From the NCBI GenBank assembly GCA_001784875.1, contig MFSH01000008.1:1555-65554 (forward strand): 64,000 nucleotides of DNA, given 5' to 3'. This document shows positions 55,727 to 64,000 of this stretch, piece after piece (positions within the stretch are counted from its first letter, which is position 1; every line of letters starts with the position of its first letter). Origin of the DNA: Candidatus Moranbacteria bacterium RIFOXYB1_FULL_43_19 (GTDB lineage Bacteria; Patescibacteriota; Minisyncoccia; Moranbacterales; UBA11712). A program made the translations under genes and the position numbers. The notes beneath the pieces are model-generated. The model searched no databases. It was not told where the DNA came from and saw only the letters and a program-made list of their open reading frames with translations.

Positions 55727-56476
55727 TTATAAATTCTTTATCCCAATCACCGCTATCATTGCTTCGACTTCTTTGGGTTTATCCCTTCTTGCCGAGAAAT
55801 ATTTTCCAAGTAGCTCAAAAGTGCATTCGGAGCTGATTTCTATATTTTTGCTATATATACCCAAAGATAGAAGCTGCAATTCGGCGACTTTTTTTATGTC
55901 CAAAAAAATTTTATTGCCTTTTCTTTTTATCGCCTCCGGATATTTTGCGAATTTTTTCGCCACTTCCAGACCGATTTCATAGTGTTTTTGGCAAATCGCC
56001 GGGCCGATGCCAACTAAAATATTTTGTGACTTACCTCCCGATTCTTTTATTTTCCCGACTGCGTTTTCTAAAACATTTCTTTCTAAGCTTCGCCAGCCGG
56101 CATGAACCATCCCGACTATCTCTTTTTTCGGATCAAACAAGAAAATCGGCAGACAATCGGCGGCTGTAACTGATAAAAAAATGTTTTTTTGATCGGTGAC
56201 TAAGCCGTCTGTACCTGTGAATCTTTCTCCTTTATTTTTTGCGGATACATATTCAACTCGATTTCCGTGGCATAATTCTCCGCTGGAAACATCTTTGGGA
56301 AAGATGCCAAAAATATTCAAAAATTTCTTCCTGTTCCTCAGATTTTTTTTCATCAAAACAGAATTATTATTCTGGAATTTCATTGACCCGTCTGTTTTTT
56401 GCGAGAACAAAACCAGAAGGCCTCGATATCTTTTGAATAAAGCAAAATTACATTGCATCTTTTCCCTGGAGTTCAT
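55727..56476 (-). CDS. YfiH/PgeF-family (DUF152) laccase-domain protein / purine nucleoside phosphorylase
   Basis: The product carries VTAADCLPIF, GMVHAGWRSL and CTFELLGKYFSARRD. Confidence 0.75.
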   Translation of the reverse strand: MNSREKMQCNFALFKRYRGLLVLFSQKTDGSMKFQNNNSVLMKKNLRNRKKFLNIFGIFPKDVSSGELCHGNRVEYVSAKNKGERFTGTDGLVTDQKNIFLSVTAADCLPIFLFDPKKEIVGMVHAGWRSLERNVLENAVGKIKESGGKSQNILVGIGPAICQKHYEIGLEVAKKFAKYPEAIKRKGNKIFLDIKKVAELQLLSLGIYSKNIEISSECTFELLGKYFSARRDKPKEVEAMIAVIGIKNL

Positions 56477-56602
56477 GCCGGATTATCGTATCGAAATCCT
56501 TGAAATAAAAATTTCCTTTGGAATTTCTTCCTCTGGTTTTTTCATAGAAACAAAACCAACGCTTTAGTTGTTGACAAAGCTCGCGAAAAAAATGTTTTTT
56601 GC

Positions 56603-56821
56603 CTAACCGGCTTTTTCTTCCCCCATCATCGTGAATTTCTTCACCACCATAAAGAGGGCGGACAGACCGACCAAGTCGTAGATAATCCGGGAAAGCGCAG
56701 TCATGTCTCCAAAAATAGCGGCTACAAGGTCAAAATTAAAAAATCCAACCAATCCCCAATTCAAGCCTCCGACGATAAGAAGGATGAAAGCGATCATGCC
56801 CAAGAGCCCTTTTGTCTTCAT
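56603..56821 (-). CDS. DUF378-family small membrane protein
   Basis: The family signature reads GGLNWGLVGFFNFDLVAAIFG. A strong SD (AGGAGGTGA) precedes the ATG at 56821. Confidence 0.65.
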   Translation of the reverse strand: MKTKGLLGMIAFILLIVGGLNWGLVGFFNFDLVAAIFGDMTALSRIIYDLVGLSALFMVVKKFTMMGEEKAG

Positions 56822-57108
56822 TTTTGTATCACCTCCTTTCGAAATACTAAAATAATCCGCGAATCTCATGCTAATCAATGAATTGCGAATGTATTTTTAC
56901 GTTTATTTTATACTATCAAATTAAACTGATTTAGGCGAATATGAAAAAACCAGCCACTTTGGCTGATTTTTACATTAAATCACGGCAACAACTAGCCGCA
57001 GTGATGGCCGCAATGCGAGCAGTCGCATCCTTCGTCACCTTTGGGCTCGTCTTTTTCTTCATCATGCGGCTTTCCGCAATTTGATACCTTTCTCATTGTA
57101 TGAAAAAA

Positions 57109-57717
57109 TTATTGATTATTTTCTAACAATTTTTTTGGGATCTTCCCGGATCCCTCTCTCATTATACTCACGCGGCCGCTTTTTATTTCAACCAGAGAGG
57201 AAGGGAGCGATTTCATTTTACCACCGCCCGTGTAAAAATCAACTTTGTTGCCAAAGTATTTTTTTGCTTCGGCAATTGTTTCAGCCGATTTAATGCTTTC
57301 CGGGTTGGCGCTCGAAGAGATAAGCGGACCGGTTTTTTTGATTAAATTTATCAGGCTTTTCTTTTTCGGAACTCTAAAAGCTAATGTTTTTGTCCCACGG
57401 TGGAGATACTCAAATTTCTTGGTCTTAATCGGCAAAATAACACTCACTTTTCCAGGCCAGATTTTTTTGAGAATATTTTTTGCAGTGCTATCTATTTTTA
57501 TACTAAACAAAGTCAAATCCCTTGTTGAAGAAATAAGGATGATAAAAGGCTTCTTCGGATTGCGCTTCATGATTTTGTATGCCCGTTCGACCGTTTTTTT
57601 TGACCATGCCGAAGCCGCAACGCCATAGATGGTGTCAGTTGGGATCACACCGATTCTATTTCGCTTAAACAAACTGATAGTTTTTGATGCTGATGGGTCG
57701 GAAGAGTTTTTTTTCAT
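57109..57717 (-). CDS. tsaC: L-threonylcarbamoyladenylate synthase (TsaC/YrdC/Sua5 family)
   Basis: The YrdC fold motif VIPTDTIYGVAASAWS is present. It overlaps the upstream gene by 4 nt. Confidence 0.75.
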   Translation of the reverse strand: MKKNSSDPSASKTISLFKRNRIGVIPTDTIYGVAASAWSKKTVERAYKIMKRNPKKPFIILISSTRDLTLFSIKIDSTAKNILKKIWPGKVSVILPIKTKKFEYLHRGTKTLAFRVPKKKSLINLIKKTGPLISSSANPESIKSAETIAEAKKYFGNKVDFYTGGGKMKSLPSSLVEIKSGRVSIMREGSGKIPKKLLENNQ

Positions 57718-58001
57718 AAAGAAAGCTTTTCTCCTTGGGACTTATTCCGGAAAATAAAATAAATAAAGACAACCGACAAGCTTGTGAACAATTTGATTGC
57801 GTTTCCAATAATCAAGGGGATATTTTTTATTGAAATTCCATAAAATAGCCAAAGGGCACCGATAGTCAAAATAGATAAGAAAGTGAACAGTGAAACGTCT
57901 TTAGCACTCTTTCTTTTTATGCTTTTAACAGCTTGAAAGAGAGGATTAAATTCCAAGAGAGTAGAGGCGATAAGAATAAACTCGAGAGGCGTAAGATGCA
58001 T
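57714..58001 (-). CDS. SemiSWEET-type (PQ-loop) sugar transporter
   Basis: A ~95 aa 3-TM protein with EFNPLFQAVKSIKRKSAKDVSLFTF and LWLFYGI, closely resembling bacterial SemiSWEETs. Confidence 0.6.
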   Translation of the reverse strand: MHLTPLEFILIASTLLEFNPLFQAVKSIKRKSAKDVSLFTFLSILTIGALWLFYGISIKNIPLIIGNAIKLFTSLSVVFIYFIFRNKSQGEKLSL

Positions 58002-58152
58002 AATATATTATCTAAATGATTACGATAAAATTCTAGCATTTTGTTTTTTTTGACACAAATTTTAAAAAACACTATAGTTATAAAAAGGAACAAGTTCTCT
58101 TTTTGGGGACTTTATTTTTTACCCCGTTAAATAATACTTAAGCTAATATTTT

Positions 58153-59616
58153 ATGCCAGCAAAAGACGATATTAAAAAAGGCCTTACTTTCGATGATGTT
58201 CTTCTCGTCCCGCAAAAATCGGGGGTTTCGGCGAGGAACACGGATGTGAGCACCTATATAACCAAAGATATCAAGCTGAATATTCCCATTCTCTCCGCGG
58301 CGATGGATACGGTGACTGAATCGCGGCTCGCCATTGCTCTCGCGCAGGAAGGAGGAATTGGAATTATTCACCGCAACCTATCTCCCAAGCAGCAGGCGGC
58401 CGAGGTGGAAAAAGTGAAAAAATCGGAAAGCGGAATGATTGTTGATCCGGTGACGGTGCGGCCGAGCGCGACTATCGGGGAGGTAAAAAAGCTGATGGAA
58501 CACTACCGTATTTCCGGAATTCCGGTGACGGACAAAAAAAACAAGCTGATCGGAATCATCACCAATCGCGATATGCGGTTTGAAACCGATATGAAAAGGC
58601 TGGTGAGAAACGTGATGACGAAAAACAAGCTAGTGACGGCGGCGGAAAAGACAACTCTTGAGCAGGCCAAAAAGCTGCTCCATAAATATAAAATCGAAAA
58701 ACTTCCCATTGTTGACAAACAGTATATTCTCAAAGGGCTGATTACTATCAAAGACATTGAAAAAAAGAGAAAATATCCGAGCGCCGCTAAGGATAGCCTT
58801 GGTAGGTTGCGAGTCGGGGGAGCCATCGGAACAAGCGCTGATATTTTGGAACGGGTGGAACTTCTTGTGAAAGCGGGCGCGGATTTGGTTTCCATCGACC
58901 GGGCGCATGGGCATTCGGAAGCGGTGCTCCGAACTTTGCGCGAAGTCAAGAAAAATTTTGACATTCCGGTGACGGCGGGAAATATTGTGACGGCCGAAGG
59001 AGCGGAGGATCTCATCAAAGCCGGCGCGGACGCTCTAAAAGTCGGAGTCGGTCCTGGATCAATTTGCACGACTCGGATAGTTTCCGGAGCAGGCATGCCC
59101 CAGCTTACAGCTGTTTTCGATGTTGTGAAAATAGCAGCGAAACACAAAATTCCGGTGATTGCCGACGGAGGTATCAAATTTTCGGGCGATATCGCTAAAG
59201 CTCTCGCAGCCGGGGCGAATGCGGTCATGATCGGCAGTCTTTTCGCCGGAACGGATGAAGCGCCGGGCGAAACTATTTTATTCCAGGGGAGAAACTATAA
59301 GCTCTATCGTGGAATGGGGTCGCTCGGAGCGATGCTTGACGGGTCGGCCGACCGGTACGGACAGGGGAAAGTCGAAGCCTCGAAATTGATACCAGAGGGG
59401 ATTGAAGGGCGCGTTCCTGCCAAAGGGCCGCTCGCGAACAGTCTTCATCAGCTGGTCGGGGGCATTCGTTCGGGAATGGGATACTGCGGCGCAGAAAATA
59501 TCAAAGAACTTCGGGAGAAAGCGAAATTTGTGGAAATTTCCAATGCGGGGCTCAAAGAAAGTCATGTCCATGACGTGACTATCACCAAAGAATCGCCGAA
59601 TTATCAAGTGAGTTAA
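58153..59616 (+). CDS. guaB: inosine-5'-monophosphate dehydrogenase
   Basis: A TIM barrel with a CBS pair, the catalytic loop GVGPGSICTTR and GIGIIHRNL. Confidence 0.92.
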   Translation: MPAKDDIKKGLTFDDVLLVPQKSGVSARNTDVSTYITKDIKLNIPILSAAMDTVTESRLAIALAQEGGIGIIHRNLSPKQQAAEVEKVKKSESGMIVDPVTVRPSATIGEVKKLMEHYRISGIPVTDKKNKLIGIITNRDMRFETDMKRLVRNVMTKNKLVTAAEKTTLEQAKKLLHKYKIEKLPIVDKQYILKGLITIKDIEKKRKYPSAAKDSLGRLRVGGAIGTSADILERVELLVKAGADLVSIDRAHGHSEAVLRTLREVKKNFDIPVTAGNIVTAEGAEDLIKAGADALKVGVGPGSICTTRIVSGAGMPQLTAVFDVVKIAAKHKIPVIADGGIKFSGDIAKALAAGANAVMIGSLFAGTDEAPGETILFQGRNYKLYRGMGSLGAMLDGSADRYGQGKVEASKLIPEGIEGRVPAKGPLANSLHQLVGGIRSGMGYCGAENIKELREKAKFVEISNAGLKESHVHDVTITKESPNYQVS

Positions 59617-59643
59617 AGTATGGCATATAGAGTATTTTTTATT

Positions 59644-59871
59644 CTATAATCCCGTGATGCTTGTCAGTGTTTTCAGGAAATAAGGGATAACGAAGGCGAG
59701 AGCAATAAGAGGAAGAATGAACAACACGGCCGTGGCAATCGCTGTCCAGAGGATTATCTTATAAGTCCGGTTTGTGATCCTGTTGATTTCATCTATTTTT
59801 TGGCTCATTTCTTCAAGCTCCGCCTTAGGCGGATCAGTCTTGGGCTGGTTTTCCAACAAGTCTTGGTCCAT
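59644..59871 (-). CDS. hypothetical small membrane protein
   Basis: A single TM segment. No family was recognised. Confidence 0.35.
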   Translation of the reverse strand: MDQDLLENQPKTDPPKAELEEMSQKIDEINRITNRTYKIILWTAIATAVLFILPLIALAFVIPYFLKTLTSITGL

Positions 59872-59949
59872 AAATTTTGGTGACTATAAAATGTTGCTCT
59901 GGCAATAGTTTATAGAATTAATAAATTATTTTATTTCTTCAGGAAACAC

Positions 59950-61542
59950 TTATTTAAGCTTGTAAATAACCAAAAGATCCGACTCGTATCTTGATATTTT
60001 GTAAAATGGCTCTTTTTGTTCATATTTGAAAATTTCCTCCATATTTTCAGGTGTATAAGCCCAGCGGGTAATGGACATGAGATAATTCGCGTTTTCAGTG
60101 CAGTCGAAAGAGAGATCAGCCCGGACAGGATAGCAGCCCACCAGATGGCCAGCTATAGGAACGCAAAAACTGGAATCGGGGTCAGCGTATTGGTTCAGCC
60201 AATCCATACCCTGGCGGTAGCTGGGACCCCAATACTCAAAGTCAAAGCGCTTTTCAATTTGCGATCCAAGCATCAGCCTCGCAGTTTCATTATAATACGA
60301 CCCTCCGAAAGGGTAAATCCAGAAAAACTCGACGAGGAGCCAAAGAAAAGCAAGGCCAATCGCAGTGCTCAGCAGCTTGATCCGGCCTTCGTTGGCGAGA
60401 TTAAACTTTTTATCAAGATATTTTAAGAAGATATCAAATCCAATTCCGGCGAGAATCAAGATGGGCGGAATCACGAGCATGAAATGCCGGACACCGTCGT
60501 ATTTTACTGATTTTGGGAAAAGGCCAAAAGCGAGCCGCAAGAATATCCAGAGGGAAATAAGCGAAAAAAAGAATATTTTTTTGCCGGAGAGCATGTTTCT
60601 GGCAGCAGAAATAAAACCCCAAAAAGCAAAAAGCAGGACCAGCGCGGAAGTAGTGGCCAAGACATGAAAAATGGCGTAATGCCAAGGAAGGGCGCTGCCA
60701 GAGTATAGGTCCCCGAAATAAAGAACATGGCCGGGAAAGCTATGGTGAAAAAAATATCCGATGGCTGAAAATAAGAAAGCGGGATTTCTCCAGAGAGCCG
60801 GCCAAGCCAGGTAAAAAAACGACGCAAATATGCCAACAAAGAGAAGGGAATACAAGAAATCTTTTTTTATTCTCGCGACAAACTCTTCTTGTGAAGAGGT
60901 TTTGTGCTCAAAGATTATATAAATGGCGTATGCGGGGAAAAAAATCGGCAGCAGAAACATCACGTCAATTCTTGTAGCGAGACAAAGGCCGAAAATTGCA
61001 CCGGATACAATAACAAACTTGCATTTTCTATCAAAAAAACCACGTAAAAGAAAATAAAGGGTGGTGATAAATCCAGCGATAACTGGAATGTCTTTGGAAT
61101 TATACTGGCTGTGAGCGGATAAAATCGGATGGAGAATCCAAAAGGAAGAGGCGAGGAGAGCGGCACGTTCGTTGAAAAGCAGGGAAGCCAGCTTGAAGAA
61201 GAAGTAGAGGCCGGTCGCGGCTGTGATAATCAGCAACAGGTGGAAGGCAATTACCGGATCCATCCGAAAGACTTCGATCATTGCCGAGCTGAAGCTGTAG
61301 TTCACCATTTCGAAAAAAGGGCCGTAATATTGGAGATCGTTGCCAGCGGGGAAGTCAATGCGGTCGATTTTCCCACGCAAAAGGTCGGAATAAGCCTGGC
61401 CGATAAAATGCTGTGATGGCTCGTCCCAGGTGATGCCAAAATTCCTCATCGCCGAAAAGTTGAAAATGAGATAAATGGCAAGAATCAGCAGAAAAACAAT
61501 TTGATAGCTGTTTAATTTGCGATTTGTTTGTGCAGCTTCCAT
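59950..61542 (-). CDS. GT-C glycosyltransferase, PMT/ArnT-like (third in the window)
   Basis: A polytopic membrane protein with a DE motif (FGITWDEPSQHFIG). Confidence 0.65.
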   Translation of the reverse strand: MEAAQTNRKLNSYQIVFLLILAIYLIFNFSAMRNFGITWDEPSQHFIGQAYSDLLRGKIDRIDFPAGNDLQYYGPFFEMVNYSFSSAMIEVFRMDPVIAFHLLLIITAATGLYFFFKLASLLFNERAALLASSFWILHPILSAHSQYNSKDIPVIAGFITTLYFLLRGFFDRKCKFVIVSGAIFGLCLATRIDVMFLLPIFFPAYAIYIIFEHKTSSQEEFVARIKKDFLYSLLFVGIFASFFYLAWPALWRNPAFLFSAIGYFFHHSFPGHVLYFGDLYSGSALPWHYAIFHVLATTSALVLLFAFWGFISAARNMLSGKKIFFFSLISLWIFLRLAFGLFPKSVKYDGVRHFMLVIPPILILAGIGFDIFLKYLDKKFNLANEGRIKLLSTAIGLAFLWLLVEFFWIYPFGGSYYNETARLMLGSQIEKRFDFEYWGPSYRQGMDWLNQYADPDSSFCVPIAGHLVGCYPVRADLSFDCTENANYLMSITRWAYTPENMEEIFKYEQKEPFYKISRYESDLLVIYKLK

Positions 61543-61921
61543 CAGTTGGCAATTTATTTCCTATATTATAGCATTTTTTTTGAAGGTCTTGACAATTGCT
61601 GTTTTGTGGTATAAATTTATCTATTCCAAAAAAAGGAGGTGAGGAGAAATTGTTTGGACCAGATATCGAAGCCTATAAAAAACTTCTTCAAAGGCGCATG
61701 GAATGGAGGGAACTCACTGAAGAAGGAAAGGCCGCGGAAATGTTGCAGCTTCACCTTCCCTCATTTTGGCAAATTGTTCCGTACCTCGTTGTCGAGGCTC
61801 GCAGGATAGCGCAAACTTGCGCGATGTCTTACAGGAAATTTGTGTGGGATGCGCTCTTTATGCCTTCAATTCAAAACCCCATTACATAGAAGATTTTTAT
61901 AAAATCTTCAGGGGATCAAAC

Positions 61922-62227
61922 ATGAAACCGCTGGCGCACGGTCCTAATATGTGTGCCGAAGCTGTTGCGGCGCAGGCGGCCAGGCATGCCGGTTACGAAT
62001 TGATTGTCGGAATTGTAATTGCCGGTGAGCCTCAAGAAGATCATAAGAGCGGTCTCATTACACTGACTCTCGAACCCTGCGGAAATTGCCGGACATTTCT
62101 CTCCGCAATGTTGGAGATGAGAGAAGATACTGAAATCATCACTGTGCATCTCGAAAATGACATACATGAAGTCCACACTTTCGGGCAAATTCTGACTAAA
62201 CATAATCACAATTCTTGCGAAAAGTGA
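61922..62227 (+). CDS. CDA-fold zinc deaminase-like small protein
   Basis: The zinc-ligand motifs CAEAVA and EPCGNCR are present. The N-terminus and frame upstream of 61922 are ambiguous. An overlapping frame (61650-61889) has a strong SD. Confidence 0.4.
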   Translation: MKPLAHGPNMCAEAVAAQAARHAGYELIVGIVIAGEPQEDHKSGLITLTLEPCGNCRTFLSAMLEMREDTEIITVHLENDIHEVHTFGQILTKHNHNSCEK

Positions 62228-62339
62228 TCGCCCGGAGGCAAAATATCGCCCCGGGCTTTTTTATTTTTCGAAATATTTATAAAAAAGAACCCCACCGGCG
62301 AACCGATGGGGGAGAAGAGCCATGAGACTCTTGATATTT

Positions 62340-62501
62340 TCAGTTGACGCGGATTTCGGCAACCTTGCCCTCGCGCCGCTTGGGAACGATTGAAGCGATA
62401 GGTGTTGCCCCGGCCTGCTCATACTCCTCGATGGCGGCCGCAACTGCCTTTTCGAACTTTTCCTTCGCCTTCCTTAGTCTCGCGTAGTTTTTTTCTGCCA
62501 C
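62340..62501 (-). CDS. hypothetical small basic protein (53 aa, GTG start)
   Basis: AAGGAGG lies 8 nt upstream of the GTG at 62501. A terminator-like hairpin plus T-run lies downstream (62290-62330). Confidence 0.4.
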   Translation of the reverse strand: MAEKNYARLRKAKEKFEKAVAAAIEEYEQAGATPIASIVPKRREGKVAEIRVN

Positions 62502-62626
62502 GTTTTTTTCCTCCTTAAATAAAAACTCAACCAAAATGGTTGGCTTTGTATAGTATAAGCTGGAAAATTTTTTGTCAATTATTGCTGGGGCTATGGGACG
62601 AACTTCGAATTTATTTAATATCAAGT

Positions 62627-63154
62627 TTATCCACTCGCTAATAACTTAAGCATTTTATTTGGCCATTCAATATTTCCCCTTTTTACTTCCGACTTGAAAA
62701 AGGCGATCATTAATTTTTTTGGTTTTTCGGAAATTGGCGCGTGAATTATCTCGGGCCAAACTTCGCGGTAGTGTAGACCGATTTTATCATGCTTCATATC
62801 GCAGGCTCCGCCGTTCGGATCCTTTTGGATGTATATAATTTTGCTCACATTATTTGTCACACAGGATCCCAAGCATTGAATACAAGGTTCGAGAGTTGTA
62901 TATAAGGTCGAAGATTTGCCAGCATCAAAAGCTTTGAATAATTTTTTTCCGTTTCTAATAATCAAAGTATTCTCCGCATGCATAACCCGCGATTTATGCC
63001 CAAACATATTGCTTCCGGTTGCATCAACAATTTTGCCGTCAATAGACAAAACGGCTCCGACAGGATAATTGGTACCTTTCTTGAATACTTCAGACGCAAA
63101 ATCGATAGCTTTTTGTAGACACTCTTTATCAAATTTTGATATTTTTGATTTCAT
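62627..63154 (-). CDS. CMP/dCMP-deaminase-family zinc-binding protein (TadA-like)
   Basis: The zinc-ligand motifs HAEN and LEPCIQC are present. Confidence 0.7.
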   Translation of the reverse strand: MKSKISKFDKECLQKAIDFASEVFKKGTNYPVGAVLSIDGKIVDATGSNMFGHKSRVMHAENTLIIRNGKKLFKAFDAGKSSTLYTTLEPCIQCLGSCVTNNVSKIIYIQKDPNGGACDMKHDKIGLHYREVWPEIIHAPISEKPKKLMIAFFKSEVKRGNIEWPNKMLKLLASG

Positions 63155-63166
63155 AAAATGTTGCAG

Positions 63167-63239
63167 CTGGGGCGGTAGGATTCGAACCTACGCAATGGTG
63201 GCTTCAAAGGCCACTGCCTTACCGCTTGGCTACGCCCCA
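63167..63239 (-). tRNA. tRNA-Gln (anticodon TTG)
   Basis: The reverse complement reads TGGGGCG-TA-GCC-AAGCGGTAA-GGC-A-GTGGC-CTTTGAA-GCCAC-CATTGC-GTAGG-TTCGAAT-CCTAC-CGCCCCA-G. This is Gln-like architecture with a 3 bp D-stem. Confidence 0.85.
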
Positions 63240-63243
63240 GTGT

Positions 63244-64000
63244 TTACTCCTTCACAATCTTGCCACCGAAAATGTCGACGGCTTCCTGCAGAAGGCTTTT
63301 TTTCTCTTTGAAATCGGGATATTGGGCGGAAAAATCTTTTTCAGTGACGGCTTTCAACCGCAAATTAACGCCCGTTATCTTATCAATCGCTTTCTCTATT
63401 GTCAACCGGTTCTGGGTGTCGGAAATTTTGTCGTTATAAAAAGAGTATTTCGTTTTGAGAATGAGATATTTTCCGTCAATCAGAGCCGGCTGGGACATTT
63501 TGAGGACTGAGGAAAGGGAATGGTTGTAGCTTTTGAGAGACTCGATAATTTCCGTCCATTGGGAAACAATGAGATTGAAATCCTCGCTTGAATTTCCAGG
63601 ACTTTTATTTTCAGATTTCGCAGCCGTTTCTTTCACCTCTTGCTTTCCTGAAATATCCGTTTTTTTCTTTGCCGAAGGTTCAACCTTCGGAAGCGCGGTT
63701 TGCGCAATTTCTCTTTTAGGGGTCGGATCTCTAAATTCAGCAGGTTTGCTGCGGATTGTTTTGGCGAGGCTTACTTCCAAAAATAATTGGGGAATGGGGC
63801 TGTTGCGAAATTTTTCGATATTTTCCTGAAGAATATTGATCAGATCCAAAATCTCGGCAAGTTCTATGTTATTGATTTGATCATTTATTTGTTCGAGCCT
63901 TTCTTTTGTGAGTTCATATGACAATTTTTTCCCAAGTTCCGGGTTTATTTTGAGAACGAGCATTTGGCGAAGATAATTGAGCAAAGATTTTCCAAAATTT
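63244..64000 (-). CDS. dnaX: DNA polymerase III subunit gamma/tau, C-terminal portion; N-terminus lies beyond the window
   Basis: The frame stays open to the window edge. The C-terminus (...LQEAVDIFGGKIVKE) resembles the DnaX C-terminal domain and the middle section is coiled and charged. No AAA+ region is visible in the window. Confidence 0.55.
   Translation of the reverse strand, partial: NFGKSLLNYLRQMLVLKINPELGKKLSYELTKERLEQINDQINNIELAEILDLINILQENIEKFRNSPIPQLFLEVSLAKTIRSKPAEFRDPTPKREIAQTALPKVEPSAKKKTDISGKQEVKETAAKSENKSPGNSSEDFNLIVSQWTEIIESLKSYNHSLSSVLKMSQPALIDGKYLILKTKYSFYNDKISDTQNRLTIEKAIDKITGVNLRLKAVTEKDFSAQYPDFKEKKSLLQEAVDIFGGKIVKE

Noticed and set aside
55575-55982. 135 aa ORF overlapping the tRNA locus
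   Set aside because: It spans tRNA-Arg and the tRNA-like fragments and runs antisense to yfiH. It is almost certainly spurious.
56941-57084. 47 aa hydrophobic micro-ORF (MKKPATLADFYIKSRQQLAAVMAAMRAVASFVTFGLVFFFIMRLSAI)
   Set aside because: It overlaps a minus-strand terminator hairpin (CAGCCACTTTGGCTG plus T-run) that fits the upstream minus-strand gene better. I kept it only as a remote possibility.
63069-63311. 80 aa ORF overlapping tRNA-Gln
   Set aside because: It covers the tRNA-Gln gene on the opposite strand and the end of the deaminase gene. It is spurious.
1-64000. CRISPR array
   Set aside because: Many short palindromic repeats exist, but none form a regularly spaced direct-repeat and spacer array. 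No cas-like genes were seen.
1-64000. Transposase, integrase or prophage genes as a source of the repeats
   Set aside because: No ORF in the window shows DDE, serine or tyrosine recombinase, or phage structural motifs. The repeats appear non-autonomous. The partial tRNA fragments are the only integration-like signature.

Overview
This is a 64 kb bacterial chromosomal fragment with roughly mid-40s % GC, dense coding and almost no strong Shine-Dalgarno use. The gene content and architecture fit a small-genome, CPR/Parcubacteria-like organism, but I could not run a homology search, so every product call rests on recognised motifs.

**Core gene content**
- Translation: ThrRS, LysRS, SerS, bL25, RRF, GreA, TsaC, a MiaB-like methylthiotransferase and two tRNAs.
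- Cell envelope and elongasome: MurA, two MreB paralogs, MreC, MreD, PBP2, a SEDS protein, an FtsQ-like protein, two GT4 glycosyltransferases and three GT-C (PMT/ArnT-like) glycosyltransferases.
- Replication and repair: HolB, a partial DnaX C-terminus, and UvrB, UvrA and UvrC clustered with a thioredoxin.
- Metabolic and maintenance genes: IMPDH, a NUDIX hydrolase, an aminotransferase and two deaminase-like genes.

**Most striking feature.** The window is saturated with several families of short palindromic or hairpin repeat elements. Many sit in-frame inside essential genes (the MiaB-like gene, ThrRS, GT4, UvrB, UvrA, UvrC). One family supplies the last codons and stop of two unrelated genes. 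This resembles the Rickettsia palindromic elements.

**Further oddities**
- A conserved hairpin with compensatory substitutions lies immediately 5' of uvrA, behind a 15-codon uORF that mimics the UvrA N-terminus. A second copy precedes a tRNA locus.
- A clean tRNA-Arg(CCG) is nested between the 5' and 3' halves of another, disrupted tRNA-like gene.
- A roughly 9 kb same-strand block encodes large unrecognisable proteins ending in a VirD4/TraG-like type IV coupling ATPase. Beside it is a DUF763 operon.
- A promoter-like site followed by a terminated structured leader sits upstream of a CAP-domain protein.
- One Mur-ligase gene appears truncated.

No CRISPR array, rRNA, transposase or integrase was seen.
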